DNA of 64,000 nt, from contig NC_058375.1 of NCBI RefSeq assembly GCF_018350175.1, positions 129,456,001 to 129,520,000 of the forward strand. Reading direction: 5' to 3'. The notes under the pieces are model-generated. The model was given only the letters and a program-made list of their open reading frames with translations. It was not told where the DNA came from and made no database searches. The position numbers and the translations under genes were made by a program. Positions 12,537 to 25,944 of the stretch are shown one piece after another (positions within the stretch are counted from its first letter, which is position 1; each line of letters starts with the position of its first letter). Origin of the DNA: Felis catus (lineage: Eukaryota).

Positions 12537-13431
12537 ATGACCAAACGGAAGAATTCCCCTCAGAAGAATCTCCAGGAAATGACAACAGCCAATGAACTGA
12601 TCAAAAAGGATTTAAATAAAATAACAGAAAGTGAATTTAGAATAATAGTCATAAAATTAATCGCTGGGCTGGAAAACAGTATACAGGACAGCAGAGAATC
12701 TCTTGCTACAGAGATCAAGGGACTAAGGAACAGTCACGAGGAGCTGAAAAGCGCTTTTAACGAAATGCAAAATAAAATGTAAACGATGACGGCTCGGATT
12801 GAAGAGGCAGAGGAGAGAATAGGTGAACTAGAAGATAAAGTTATGGAAAAAGAGGAGGCTGAGAAAAAGAGAGATAAAAAAATCCAGGAGTATGAGGGGA
12901 AAATTAGAGATCTAAGTGATACACTAAAAAGAAATAATATACGCATAATTGGTATCCCAGAGGAGGAAGAGAGAGGGAAAGGTGCTGAAGGGGTACTTGA
13001 AGAAATTATAGCTGAGAACTTCCCTGAACTGGGGAAGGAAAAAGGCATTGAAATCCAAGAGGCACAGAGAACTCCCTTCAGACGTAACTTGAATCGATCT
13101 TCTGCACGACATATCATAGTCAAACTGGCAAAATACAAGGATAAAGAGAAAATTCTGAAAGCAGCAAGGGATAAACGTGCCCTAACTTATGAAGGGAGAC
13201 CTATAAGACTCGTGACTGATCTCTCTTTTGAAACTTGGCAGGCCAGAAAGGATTGGCACGAGATCTTCAATGTGCTGAACAGAAAAAAATATGCAGCCAA
13301 GAATCCTTTATCCAGCAAGTCTGTCATTTAGAATAGAAGGAGAGATAAAGGTCTTCCCAAACAAACAACTACTGAAGGAATTTGTCACCACTAAACCAGC
13401 CCTACAAGAGATCCAAAGGGGGATCCTGTGA
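12537..13431 (+). pseudogene. L1 ORF1p, disrupted
   Basis: MTKRKNSPQK...coiled coil...RRM (NIRIIGIPEEEE); premature TAA at 12780-12782; +1 A frameshift at ~13281-13290. Confidence 0.95.
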
Positions 13432-13481
13432 GACAAAGTAACAGAGACATCGCTACAAGCATAAAACATACAGACATCACA

Positions 13482-16400
13482 ATGACTCTAAACCCGTATC
13501 TTTCTATAATAACACTGAATGTAAATGGATTAAATGCACCAACCAAAAGACATAGGGTATCAGAATGGATAAAAAAAACCCAAGACCCATCTATTTGCTG
13601 TCTACAAGAGACTCATTTTAGACCTGAGGACACCTTTAGATTGAGAGTGAGGGGATGGAGAACTATTTATCATGCTACTGGAAGCCAAAAGAAAGCTGGA
13701 GTAGCCATACTTATATCAGACAAACTAGACTTTAAATTAAAAGCTGTAACAAGAGATGAAGAAGGGCATTACATAATAATTACAGGGTCTATCGATCAGG
13801 AAGAGCTAACAATTATAAATGTCTATGCACGAAATACTGGAGCCCCCAAATATATAAAACAATTACAAACATAAGCAACCTTATTGATAAGAATGTGGTA
13901 ATTGCAGAGGACTTTAACACTCCACTTACAGAAATGGATAGATCATCTAGACACATGGTCAATAAAGAAACAAGGGCCCTGAATGACACATTGGATCAGA
14001 TGGACTTAACAGATATATTTAGAACTCTGCATCCCAAAGCAACAGAATATACTTCCTTCTCGAGTGCACATGGAACATTCTCCAAGATAGATCATATACT
14101 GGGTCACAAAACAGCCCTTCATAAGTATAAAAGAATTGAAATTATACCATGCATACTTTCAGACCACAATGCTATGAAGCTTGAAATCAACCACAGAAAA
14201 AAGTCTGGAAAACCTCCAAAAGCATGGAGGTTAAAGAACACCCTACTAAAGAATGAGTGGGTCAACCAGGCAATTAGAGAAGAAATTAAAAAATATATGG
14301 AAACAAACGAAAATGAAAATACAACAATCCAAACGCTTTGGGACGCAGCGAAGGCAGTCCTGAGAGGAAAATACATCGCAATCCAGGCCTATCTCAAGAA
14401 ACAAGAAAAATCCCAAATACAAAATCTAACAGCACACCTAAAGGAAATTGAAGCAGAACAGCAAAGGCAGCCTAAACCCAGCAGAAGAAGAGAAATAATA
14501 AAGATCAGAGCAGAAATAAACAATATAGAATCTAAAAAACTGTAGAGCAGATCAACGAAACCAAGAGTTGGTTTTTTGAAAAAATAAACAAAATTGACAA
14601 ACCTCTAGCCAGGCTTCTCAAAAAGAAAAGGGAGATGACCCAAATAGATAAGATCATGAATGAAAATGGAATTATTACAACCAATCCCTCAGAGATACAA
14701 ACAATTATCAGGGAATACTATGAAAAATTATATGCCAACAAATTGGACAACCTGGAAGAAATGGACAAATTCCTAAACACCCACACTCTTCCAAAACTCA
14801 ATCAGGAGGAAATAGAAAGCTTGAACAGACCCATAACCAGCAAAGAAATTGAATCGGTTATCAAAAATCTCCCAACAAATAAGAGTCCAGGACCAGATGG
14901 CTTCCCAGGGGAGTTCTACCAGACGTTTAAAGCAGAGATAATACCTATCCTTCTCAAGCTATTCCAAGAAATAGGGAAGGAAATAAGAAATAAGGGAAGG
15001 AAAACTTCCAGACTCATTCTATGGAGCCAGTATTACTTTGATTCCTAAACCANNNNNNNNNNNNNNNNNNNNNNNNNNNNNNNNNNNNNNNNNNNNNNNN
15101 NNNNNNNNNNNNNNNNNNNNNNNNNNNNNNNNNNNNNNNNNNNNNNNNNNNNNNNNNNNNNNNNNNNNNNNNNNNNNNNNNNNNNNNNNNNNNNNNNNNN
15201 NNNNNNNNNNNNNNNNNNNNNNNNNNNNNNNNNNNNNNNNNNNNNNNNNNNNNNNNNNNNNNGATAAGAACCATATGATCCTGTCAATCGATGCAGAAAA
15301 GGCCTTTGACAAAATCCAGCACCATTTCTTAATAAAAACCCTTGAGAAAGTCGGGATAGAAGGAACATACTTAAACATCATAAAAGCCATTTATGAAAAG
15401 CCCACAGCTAACATCATCCTCAATGGGGAAAAACTGAGAGCTTTTTCCCTGAGATCAGGAACACGACAAGGATGCCCACTCTCACCGCTTTTGTTTAACA
15501 TAGTGCTGGAAGTTCTAGCATCAGCAATCAGACAACAAAAGGAAATCAAAGGCATCCAAATTGGCAAAGATGAAGTCAAGCTTTCGCTTTTTGAAGATGA
15601 CATGATACTATACATGGAAAATCCGATAGACTCCACCAAAAGTCTGCTAGAACTGATACAGGAATTCAGCAAAGTTGCAGGATACAAAATCAATGTACAG
15701 AAATCAGTTGCATTCTTATACACTAACAATGAAGCAACAGAAAGGCAAATAAAGAAACTGATCCCATTCATAATTGCACCAAGAAGCAAAAAATACCTAG
15801 GAATAAATCTAACCAAAGATGTAAAAGATCTGTATGCTGAAAACTATAAAAAGCTTATGAAGGAAATTGAAGAAGATATAAAGAAATGGAAAGACATTCC
15901 CTGCTCATGGATTGGAAGAATAAATATTGTCAAAATGTCAATACTACCCAAAGCTATCTACACATTCAATGCAATCCCAATCAAAATTGCACCAGCATTC
16001 TTCTCAAAACTAGAACAAGCAATTCTAAAATTCATATGGAACCACAAAAGGCCCCGAATAGCCAAAGGTATTTTGAAGAAGAAGACCAAAGCAGGAGGCA
16101 TCACAATCCCAGACTTTAGCCTCTACTACAAAGCTGTCATCATCAAGACAGCATGGTATTGGCACAAAAACAGACACATAGACCAATGGAATAGAATAGA
16201 AACCCCAGAACTAGACCCACAAACGTATGGCCAACTCATCTTTGACAAAGCAGGAAAGAACATCCAATGGAAAAAAGACAGTCTCTTTAACAAATGGTGC
16301 TGGGAGAACTGGACAGCAACATGCAGAAGGTTGAAACTAGACCACTTTCTCACACCATTCACAAAAATAAACTCAAAATGGATAAAGGACCTGAATGTGA

Positions 16401-17319
16401 GACAGGAAACCATCAAAACCCTAGAGGAGAAAGCAGGAAAAGACCTCTCTGACCTCAGCCGTAGCAATCTCTTACTCGACACATCCCCAAAGGCAAGGGA
16501 ATTAAAAGCAAAAATGAATTACTGGGACCTTATGAAGATTAAAAGCTTCTGCACAGCAAAGGAAACAACCAACAAAACTAAAAGGCAACCAACGGAATGG
16601 GAAAAGATATTCGCAAATGACATATAGGACAAAGGGCTAGTATCCAAAATCTATAAAGAGCTCACCAAACTCCACACCTGAAAAACAAGTAACCCAGTGA
16701 AGANNNNNNNNNNNNNNNNNNNNNNNNNNNNNNNNNNNNNNNNNNNNNNNNNNNNNNNNNNNNNNNNNNNNNNNNNNNNNNNNNNNNNNNNNNNNNNNNN
16801 NNNNNNNNNNNNNNNNNNNNNNNNNNNNNNNNNNNAGCCTGTCAGAGTGGCCAAAATGAANNNNNNNNNNNNNNNNNNNNNNNNNNNNNNNNNNNNNNNN
16901 NNNNNNNNNNNNNNNNNNNNNNNNNNNNNNNNNNNNNNNNNNNNNNNNNNNNNNNNNNNNNNNNNNNNNNNNNNNNNNNNNNNNNNNNNNNNNNNNNNNN
17001 NNNNNNCAGCAATAGCACTGCTACGAATTTACCCAAGGGATACAAGAGTACTGATGCATAGGGGCACTTGTACCCCAATGTTTATAGCAGCACTCTCAAC
17101 AATAGCCAAAATATGGAAAGAGCCTAAATGTCCATCAACTGATGAATGGATAAAGAAATTGTGGTTTATATACACAATGGAGTACTACGTGGCAATGAGA
17201 AAGAATGAAATATGGCCCTTTGTAGTAACATGGACGGAACTGGAGAGTGTGATGCTAAGTGAAATAAGCCATACAGAGAAGACAGATACCATATGTTTTC
17301 ACTCTTATGTGGATCCTGA
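13482..17319 (+). pseudogene. L1 ORF2p (endonuclease, reverse transcriptase, C-terminal domain), disrupted
   Basis: MTLNPYLSIITLNVNGLN, SDHN, QGCPLSP, FEDD in place of FADD, YLGI; frameshifts at ~13865, ~14540, 14966-15003 (19-nt duplication) and ~17280; TAG 16625-16627; TGA 16679-16681; three N-runs. Confidence 0.97.
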
Positions 17320-19704
17320 GAAACTTAACAGAAACCCATGGGGGAGGGGAAGGAAAAAAAAAAAGAGGTTAGAGTGGGAGAGAGCCAAAGCATAAGAGAC
17401 TGTTAAAAACTGAGAACAAACTGAGGGTGGATGGGGGGTGGGAGGGAGGGGAGGTTGGGTGATGGGTATTGAGGAGGGCACCTTTTGGGATGAGCACTGG
17501 GTGTTGTATGGAAACCAATTTGACAATAAATTTCATATATTGAAAAAAAAAGGAATGGAATCAGTTCAACCTAATGCTTCATTATTCCTGCATTTAACAC
17601 ATTCAGTGATTGCCAATTGCTATCCCCTGTTACTGACCAGGGACACAACAACAAACAAAACAAAGTCCTTATTGTTTTCAAAGTTAACATTCTAGTTGAG
17701 GGACGAAGAAAATAAACCAAAACAAGGAAACAAGAACAAATAAATATATGGTGTCAGGTGGTGAGAAGACAGAAAATAAATCATGTTAAAGAGCAGTGAG
17801 ATTAAAGGGGTGGGGAGTTGCAAGGCAGTGTGAACACTGTGTCAGAGAAGACCTCTTTTATTAGACACTATTTTGTAGGATCAGATTTGACACACTCTTG
17901 TGAGCTAAGTCCAGTGCTGAGGCTTTCACATAGGACATTGGAAACCCGGCTAAAAGTCATAATGATGCTCCATTGATTGACTTAATCAGGTTGATTGGGT
18001 GGGCACCCCTTTCTTTATTTGTAGTCTTCCTCAACAATGCAAAGGAATGCAAAAGAGGGAGGACCTCCCCCAATTATTCTCCCCAGCATTTATAAGTGCC
18101 ATATAATATTGTTCTCAATGAGTTCTAGCACGCATAAGCCTTGCCTGCCTAGTGAGAAGATAAAATCCTTAATGGGCCGGGGGTGGCTCAGTCTTTTAGT
18201 TATTTATTTACCACCCAGCAGACATGTCTTTGTAATGCAGGGTAACACAAACTTCTAAAGTGTACTATGATTTTTTTTCATTTAAATTTTCATACTTTAT
18301 GCTTTTCAAAAAAATGGCATGTGTATGATCCCAACAACCCTGTACTGTAGAGAAGCTCTACAATGTCTAGATATGTGGTCCTGGGCAAATTCATTCATTC
18401 ACTCACTAAAAACTATCACTAAATCACTCTAACTTCAAGAAACTGTCAGACTAATAGCACAGAGGCCAGTGCAAGTTGTAAAGTGGCAAAAATGAGCTTC
18501 TTCTCTTTGGAAATACTTTCAGCCAGAGAGGACTGAGTAAGGCGCACTCAATGGTTATACATGTTCTGGTGACTTGTGTGTGTACAAAGTCATTTATCCT
18601 TCTCTGCAGTCTGCCGCCACTGCCAAATTCCTTCTCCTTGTTAGTCAAGAGCATCTTCTTTAGGAAAACTCACGTGGAACAGAACATAAATCGTAGGAAA
18701 ATCTGTTCTCCCAAAAACAGTTGCATTTTGTACATCTCAGATCAAAGATCATAAGGCAAGAAAGATGAAATTTTGTTCATCGCTGGGAGAGGTAGACTAA
18801 TGTATACATTCTACCCAGAGTTGCCCATTCCAGTAATTGCAAGAGGGCAAGCACTACCCCTCACTCTTTCCACTCTGGACAGTGGAGTGCCAACAAGACA
18901 ACACCCACTAAATAGGATGGGAAACACTCATCATAAGAGCTACACATTCTCTACTTCAGTTGCCAGCTACTCATGGGCTCATACTGGAACTCTATTGAAT
19001 GTGTAACATTTTGACTTAGACTGAGCAGTAGGGAAACATGAAAAAAGAAGTAAAGAGTGAACTTTTTTTCCTTGCATTCACAGACTGAAAGATCATCTCA
19101 GTTCTGAATTTGGAATGACTGATGTGGCAATCAGGGGAGAGAATAAACACCTCATAGTAGGATCTTTGGATTGTTCTTGGAGTTAAAGGGTAAACTGGAA
19201 AGAGGAGAATAGTTTTTGGATATATCTGCACGATTGGTATGGAGACCATGTACGCTTTCTTGGAATCCGGTTCTAGAAACTGAGTTCTACAGATTTTGAA
19301 CTTACTATCTGTAGTGCACATAGTTGTCTAAAATTGAGTCTCAGAGAAAGAAGGAGTGATAAGGAAATAGAAACAATTAAATAAACTAAAGTGCAATTTT
19401 GACCCAAGGACCTTAAGAAGACCAATAGGTTACTCAAATATTCCTTACTCTCAATAAAGAAATGAAATGAGAGAAGGTAGGTGATTACTGGTCTTATCAC
19501 CTCATGAAAACCTCATTAAGATGTATTTTAATAGACCATAAACTTAATATAAAATAGTACTATATGAAAGGTATTTTTAAGTCAAAATAAATAAAAAAAG
19601 GTCGAAGATCACTGATAAAATAATGGAGTAGATTAATAAGAATGTAACATTCAGATCACATTCTTGGACTAAGCATTTTCTTAGATATTTCTCACTTATA
19701 CTAG

Positions 19705-19930
19705 TGATTCTGGAGCAGTAGCAATGGATTTAGTATCCTAGGGTTCAAATTCTGACTCCAACACTTCATATGTGACTTTGGACAAGTTACTTAATCTACA
19801 TTTCACCATATGTAAAATGGGAATAATGAGAACAGTGATCTCAGAGAGTCACCATGTTGATTACATATATAATATGGATTAAGTGCTTGGCACATGTCTG
19901 GCACAGAGTAAGTGCTTAACAAATAGTTTA
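19705..19930 (+). mobile_element. MIR
   Basis: gggttcaaattctgactcc...tgtgactttggacaagttacttaatct...tgtaaaatgggaataatgag. Confidence 0.75.
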
Positions 19931-20746
19931 AGTAAGTTAGTATAAGTGAAAGAAAGTGAACCTTAGTCATTGAGGTGATGTGTGAGTAGGATATAAACCA
20001 GGACAGAAGGTTATAGGGCCATATATGAATACAAATGGCCAAGGTGAAGTAAGGACTCTACAATATATGACACTCTCATTCAGAATAGCAATGAAAATGT
20101 GAGATTCCTTGCTTAAAAAGCAGAAACAGTTTCATTAAAAGTACTAAAATATGATTTTTTTACCTGTCTTCCATGTATGTCTTTTGCTCAAGTATATGCT
20201 CCATTGTACCATAGCACTTCATTTATAAAACACACAAAGATTAAATTACTAACTTTTAAGACAGCAACATAAAACATTAAACCAAGAGTGGGGTTCTTCT
20301 GAGGCCCTGCCCTCACTGTTCCATAGTAATCACTAAATTGTTGGAAATGGGGATCATTAAAAAGAATTAGGGCTTTTCAAATATAATTGGAAAGTGAGTC
20401 TCAGGCATTTTTTTTTCCTGGAAAGACCATCTGGGGTATGTTTTTGGGGGGTAAGGTGTTTTTAGTTGAATATAGCTGGATTATCAACCCATCTCACTTA
20501 TTGTGCTATGGAAAGCCTACTTACACATAGAAGTATCTAGAGAAAACTGCATACTAAGTTATTTAGTATATTTTGCCCAAAATACAACCTTAAAACTAGA
20601 TCTAGGTTCTCAAGAAGCACCCCAGGTCTAAGCTGTGCCCCCAAAATTAGATTAATAGAATGAACTCATAGGATATGCTTGCCTAAGCCATATGGAGCCC
20701 CGATTGCTAATTTGGGAACTTTATTAAATAATGGATTAGGATTCAT

Positions 20747-20967
20747 GGGGCGCCTGGGTGGCTCAGTCAGTTGTGCGTCCGACTTCCACTCAGTTCATGA
20801 TTTCACAGTTCATGGGTTTGAGCCCCGCATCAGGCTCTGTGCTGACAGCTTGGAGCCTGGAGCTTGCTTCCGATTCTGTGTCTCCCTCGCTTTCTGTCTC
20901 TCCCCCATTCACACTCTTTCTCTCAAAAAGAAATAAACATTGAAAATTTTTATAAATAAATAAATAA
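20747..20967 (+). mobile_element. Can-SINE (SINEC_Fc-type)
   Basis: ggggcgcctgggtggctcag head, (ct)n linker, aataaa and A/T tail. Confidence 0.95.
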
Positions 20968-21288
20968 TTCAAAGGGAATGCTTCAGGGAATGGCTAGTGA
21001 AAGTTTCGTCAAATGAGACAATTAATACTGCACAGAGTTATCTATTGGGTCTCAGTGGGATTGCCACAGTTATGCCACTGCCCAACTCATAATCAGTAGG
21101 GCAAAGAAAAGAGGTCTACATAGACTAAATGGCCAAGAACAGATGAACAGCAACCTAATACTATAGTAATTAGGAACAAAGCCAATGCAGGCCCCACAGA
21201 TGGCCAATGTTAAAGAGAGGCAAAGACAAGTGTTGGATTCTGAAAAATGGACTGATTGGAACAGGTTAGTTATCAGCATGTATTTTTA

Positions 21289-21515
21289 TTTCTCACTTTT
21301 TAAATTTTTTAATGTTTCTTTTTTGAAAGAGAGAGAGAGAGAGAGAAAGCATAAGCAGGGGAGGGGCAGAGAGAGGGAGACACAGAATCCGAAGCAGGCT
21401 CCAGGCTCCAAGCTTTCAGCACAGAGTCCGACATGGAGCTCAAACTCATGAACCCGTGAGATCATGACTTGAGCCGAAGTCAGATGCATAACCAACTGAA
21501 CCACCCAGGCGCCCC
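21289..21515 (-). mobile_element. Can-SINE
   Basis: Perfect 17-bp TSD atcagcatgtattttta (21272-21288, 21516-21532). Confidence 0.97.
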
Positions 21516-23559
21516 ATCAGCATGTATTTTTAAACTAGGATTGGGGAAGAAAGTAATAAAAACAAGTTTAGCCCCATAACTCAATTTACTTAGAGATGTG
21601 ATAAAATATTTGCAAAGTCCTCTTTCTCTTTTCATATAATAATTAACATTAGAATTTGTTGTTTTCTAACGAGGCTGTTAAGATTTGCAAAGTAATCATT
21701 TTGAAAAGTAGAGTTAGAAAGAAAGTCTGCCTAACGCTTAAAGGAAAAGCAAAGGATGCTGTCTTTGAGTAGATCCTTAGATGGTTTTTGATCAAGGCAA
21801 GGTGGTACCAGAAGAGACAGAATTCCAGTCTCACTTCTGCTGTTTACTCTGTGTGACCTTTGTTAGGTTTCACTTCCTCACTGGCCTTCAGGATATTTCT
21901 CTGTCAAATTGAATGACTAGACAATTTCCAAGTTTCTTCCAGGTCAAACATTTAGTGATTTTTCCCTCAAAAGGACCCTGTGAGACAGTGGAAGAATAAA
22001 TAACCACTAGAACTTATTCCAAAGTGAGACTGTTATCTGTAAACATGTGAAATTACCTATGCTTATATTTTATATTGCTATGTATTTCCCCATTGTCGCT
22101 TTAGTCTTCCCCATGTCCTTTCCATATATATTGGCATGTGTGGCCAATTTCCATAACAATAAAAACATAATTACAGTTTTAAATATTGTAATCATCATAT
22201 AAGTTTGATGACACCCTTTATTTCTTCAAATTAAAATAAAACCAGATCAACCCCCAGAGGAAGTTGAGAAGACAGCTGGCCATCCTAATCCGGTTGGATT
22301 TCCATGTCCAAAGAAAGAGAGGCTGGCTTTCTAATCAGTCTGTTGTACCTTCTGTACCCACAGTTTTTTACTACCAAAAGGTGTCACTGAAGAATTTTGC
22401 TGATGATGTCCAGCACTGCATGCTTTCATTGGGCCAGCTTCCATCAATGATCTTTCAAAGGAAGAAGAGATTAAAAGTAACTCCACTTTTTGGTGCTGAA
22501 TTCAACTCAAATGTACCCTAGTTGGTTCCTGACATCAGCTCTCTTAGCCCACTGTCATCCTTCTCTGAAGGATCAGGAACGTTTTCTTTTTTTCTCTGTG
22601 AAACAGAGGATTATTCCACCTTTCTTCTGGACCATGAGGCCTTACTTGACAGCCCTTCTCAAGGGTAGTTATGTGTATTGCCTTAGGGAACCCATACACC
22701 TAAGAGATTTGCAATATAGTTTCAGAAACCCCTTATCAAAATAAATAAGTTACATGAGGACAAATTATTAAAATCCTTTATCCTCTATGCCTAATTAACA
22801 AAAATAATAATAAATGGGTAATATTTTCTGAGTATTTACTTGATAGTGTTGTTTTTTCTCATTCTTGGGAAGAAAACTTAACCAAGGTGTCTTATCTATG
22901 ACATTTCAGAACCAAGGTTTGAAGGCATTTTTCATGTCAAGACCCGAATTTATACCTGGAGGCACAAATAGAATGATATATTTGAGCAAGGCCCACAGTG
23001 TCTAGTATGGTTACGGCATCCGGTGAGGGAAAGAATGTGATAAGAGATAAAGAGACAATTTAGTTCGTATTTCAGAAGGATTTGATGATCAGACAATATC
23101 TGACATTATCCTATTTGAAGAAGAGAACCACAACACTGTACTTTGGAGGAGAGAACTTTACCATGGCACACCGTTTTGAAATATCAAGACATATGGGTGC
23201 CCCAGGTAAGCTGATAACTCGATGTACTTTCAAAATAATTTTCTTTTAATATATACTCAACACTTAAAGGAGAGGCAGATCACTATGTGAGGAACATTGA
23301 ATAAAGGGAACCCATAGTGGAATTGCTTGGCCTTGCATGTACCTTTTTGAGTTCTGGCTCCAAGCTTGCATGTAAAATAAAAAAAGAAAGAGAAAACATT
23401 TTCATCAATTTGAAAAAGAAAGAAAAAGCCTTATATTTATGGGCATCGATCATTATTCAATCAAGTCTTTAAAGGCTTTCATTCTTCCTCCAAGGCTCTG
23501 AATAGCATCCTGAGCATTTGTCATATTTCCTGGCTCCCTAAGACTTTTCTAATACTACC

Positions 23560-24075
23560 CTAAGGGAGAAGCTAGAGAACTAGCTTTGTCAGCTTCTCGC
23601 AGCTGGAATTTGGCTATGCTACCTGGGCTCCACCAACTGGATGCACCTTTGCAAAACTGTGATAGAAAGTTAATAGTGGTAAAAGCAAGGACTGCACAGA
23701 ATCCACTTTTCTGCTGTTTTTGCTGTTGTGTTGCAAAGATTGACGTCAAGCATTAGGGGTCTATGGTGGTTGTAGAAAATGCAGAGCTGCCTGCTGGTGC
23801 AGAAGAGGCATCAGTACAGGCAGCAACAATGAATGCAGAAGCAATGAGGTCCTGATGCAAAATGGTGATGGTGCAAATCATTTTATCTACTCTGCAGTAG
23901 ACTTAACTATAGTTTTCTCACAGACCAGAATTTCGGTGTGGTTTTGGAGCACTGCCCTGAGAGCTTAGTATCCAGCTTGCTTTCAATGATTTTGTGATCT
24001 GCTAAATATCTTTTTAATAAATTCCTTTTCTGCTTAATCATCCTGAGCTAGCTTCTGCTGCTTGGAACTACGATT
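23560..24075 (+). mobile_element. MLT1-type LTR
   Basis: 3' end aataaattccttttctgcttaatcatcctgagctagcttctgctgcttggaac. Confidence 0.55.
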
Positions 24076-25557
24076 CTCATCTGGTATACTATATCCTTTC
24101 CTTTCAGATAAACTCAATTTTCTCTACTTTGCTGCATATCCAGTGATGTTTTCAATCCTCAGCTGATGGTTTGGCAGCTCATATGGATGGATGCCTCAGG
24201 CAGCTGTTGCGCCAACCTGCTATTGGATCTGGGAACTGCATATTAGAATGAGAAACTCCAGGAGGGCATCCAGGGAGTGGTGAGAGAACATAGATCACTG
24301 TGTGGCAGAAAAATGGAGAAGACCACTAACATGAAGGTTTAACTCTGAAGTTGAAAAATATTACCCTCTAACTCACAGTTTGTCTTGGGCTAGCCTTGAG
24401 TACAGCTGTAGGAACATTTAAATTGTCAGCTGCTCTCAACTTCGAGTTCCCATAGCACATAGTACTCGTTTTTATTATAACACATCACATGCTGTACTAC
24501 AATTATCAGTTCACTTGTCGTCTCTATCACTGAAATTAAGCCAGAACCATGATGTCACTCTGTGTGCACACTAGTACCGACTGTTGGACTTCATGGGAGA
24601 CCCAGTAAAAAGCATCTCCTCATTCCCACTCCTCAAATTATGTACACATTGATATGTGAGATAAGGGAGCAACAGCAAACACTAACAAAGCATTTGCCTA
24701 AGCACTTTCCATGAACTCTTTCAATCTGTAACAATCTTATAAAAAAGTACAGGCATTCTCCCATTTTACACCTAGGGAAACAGAAATAGAAAGGTTAAGT
24801 AGTTTGACAAAGATCATCTAGCTTATAAATAGAAGTCTTTCTCGTGTCTACAACAAGGCAGAGAGAAGTAAAAAATATCAACTTTTTCAATTACAGAGGT
24901 GATAGAGATTGTGATTTAAGTGAAAAGCAACAGTAGGTTTCATAATACTGCTCCTTAATCTTGAATAGTCTGAGAAAACTGTAGGCCTCCCCAAGCAAAA
25001 TCTCAGACACTAAGCTTATCTCATGGCCAAGAGCAGAGAATATACATTTCTGAAGGCACAGAGAGCCCAAAAACAGGGGAAATAAGGGACTGAGCATCCC
25101 AGTTCCTCTCCCTGTCTCATTAATCTGGTCACTTACTCCATCTGCCTTTGAGAGGAATAAGTAAGATGGGAGGGGAGAAGCCAAGAGGTTATACTAATGT
25201 TGCTTCTTTTGTAAACATGAACCAGAATAAAGGATGCTTTCCAAATAACATTCCCAAGACCTTGGTTCTCTTAACCCATTTGGCTTACCCTTAAATATAT
25301 GGTCAAAATTGGTATGGATATCTCCTTGGGGGAGGAGATTGGTAGCCCATTAAGGTGGTCTTCATAAAGCTCTCCCCCATACCAATCACTGGAAGACCCT
25401 CTTGAGGTTGCTGATGACAGTATAGATGTTTCTTCACTGAAATAGGTCATTAACTAAACTAATTCCAAGGCCACTGTAGATAACTGAAATCTGTCTGCCT
25501 ATTTCCCCCAATCCTGCATTCTGTTCAAGCACATTGCCTAATATAAGTAACCAGGAA

Positions 25558-25780
25558 GGGGCGCCTGGGTGGCTCAGTCGGTTGAGAGTCCTACTTCGGC
25601 TCAGGTCATAATCTCGCAGTCTGTGAGTTTGAGCCCCGCATCAGGCTCTGTGCTGACAGCCCTGGGCCTGGAGCCTGCTTCGGAATCTGTGTCTCCCTCT
25701 CTCTCTGCCCTCCCCTGCTCATGGCTCTGTCTCTCTCTCTGTCAAAAATAAATAAACATTAGAAAAAAATTAAAAAATGT
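25558..25780 (+). mobile_element. Can-SINE
   Basis: TSD atataagtaaccaggaa / atataagtaaccagaaa. Confidence 0.97.
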
Positions 25781-25944
25781 ATATAAGTAACCAGAAAACT
25801 TTAAATTAACCTAATAATAAAAATTCCAATACCTGAATATGAACCCCCTTCCAGAATCAAATTCCTTGTGAGAAAATAAAGTCCATGGATTCGATTTCCT
25901 TGAATATTCAAGTTCAAATACATCAAAATTCAAAGTAATTACAT

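Larger units (their letters stand above)
11604..17549 (+). mobile_element. Full-length felid LINE-1 (L1_Fc-type), inactivated
   Basis: CpG-rich 5'UTR, ORF1, ORF2, G-rich 3'UTR, AATAAA and short A-tail; TSD aaagaatgaaatcagtt (11587-11603) / aaggaatggaatcagtt (17550-17566); TT/AAAG endonuclease site. Confidence 0.98.

Noticed and set aside
12286-17526. Antisense and alternate-frame ORFs over L1, including ORF0-like candidates in the 5'UTR
   Set aside because: These are expected shadow ORFs of the A-rich L1 sense strand. ORF0 is described for primate L1 and nothing here supports a homolog.
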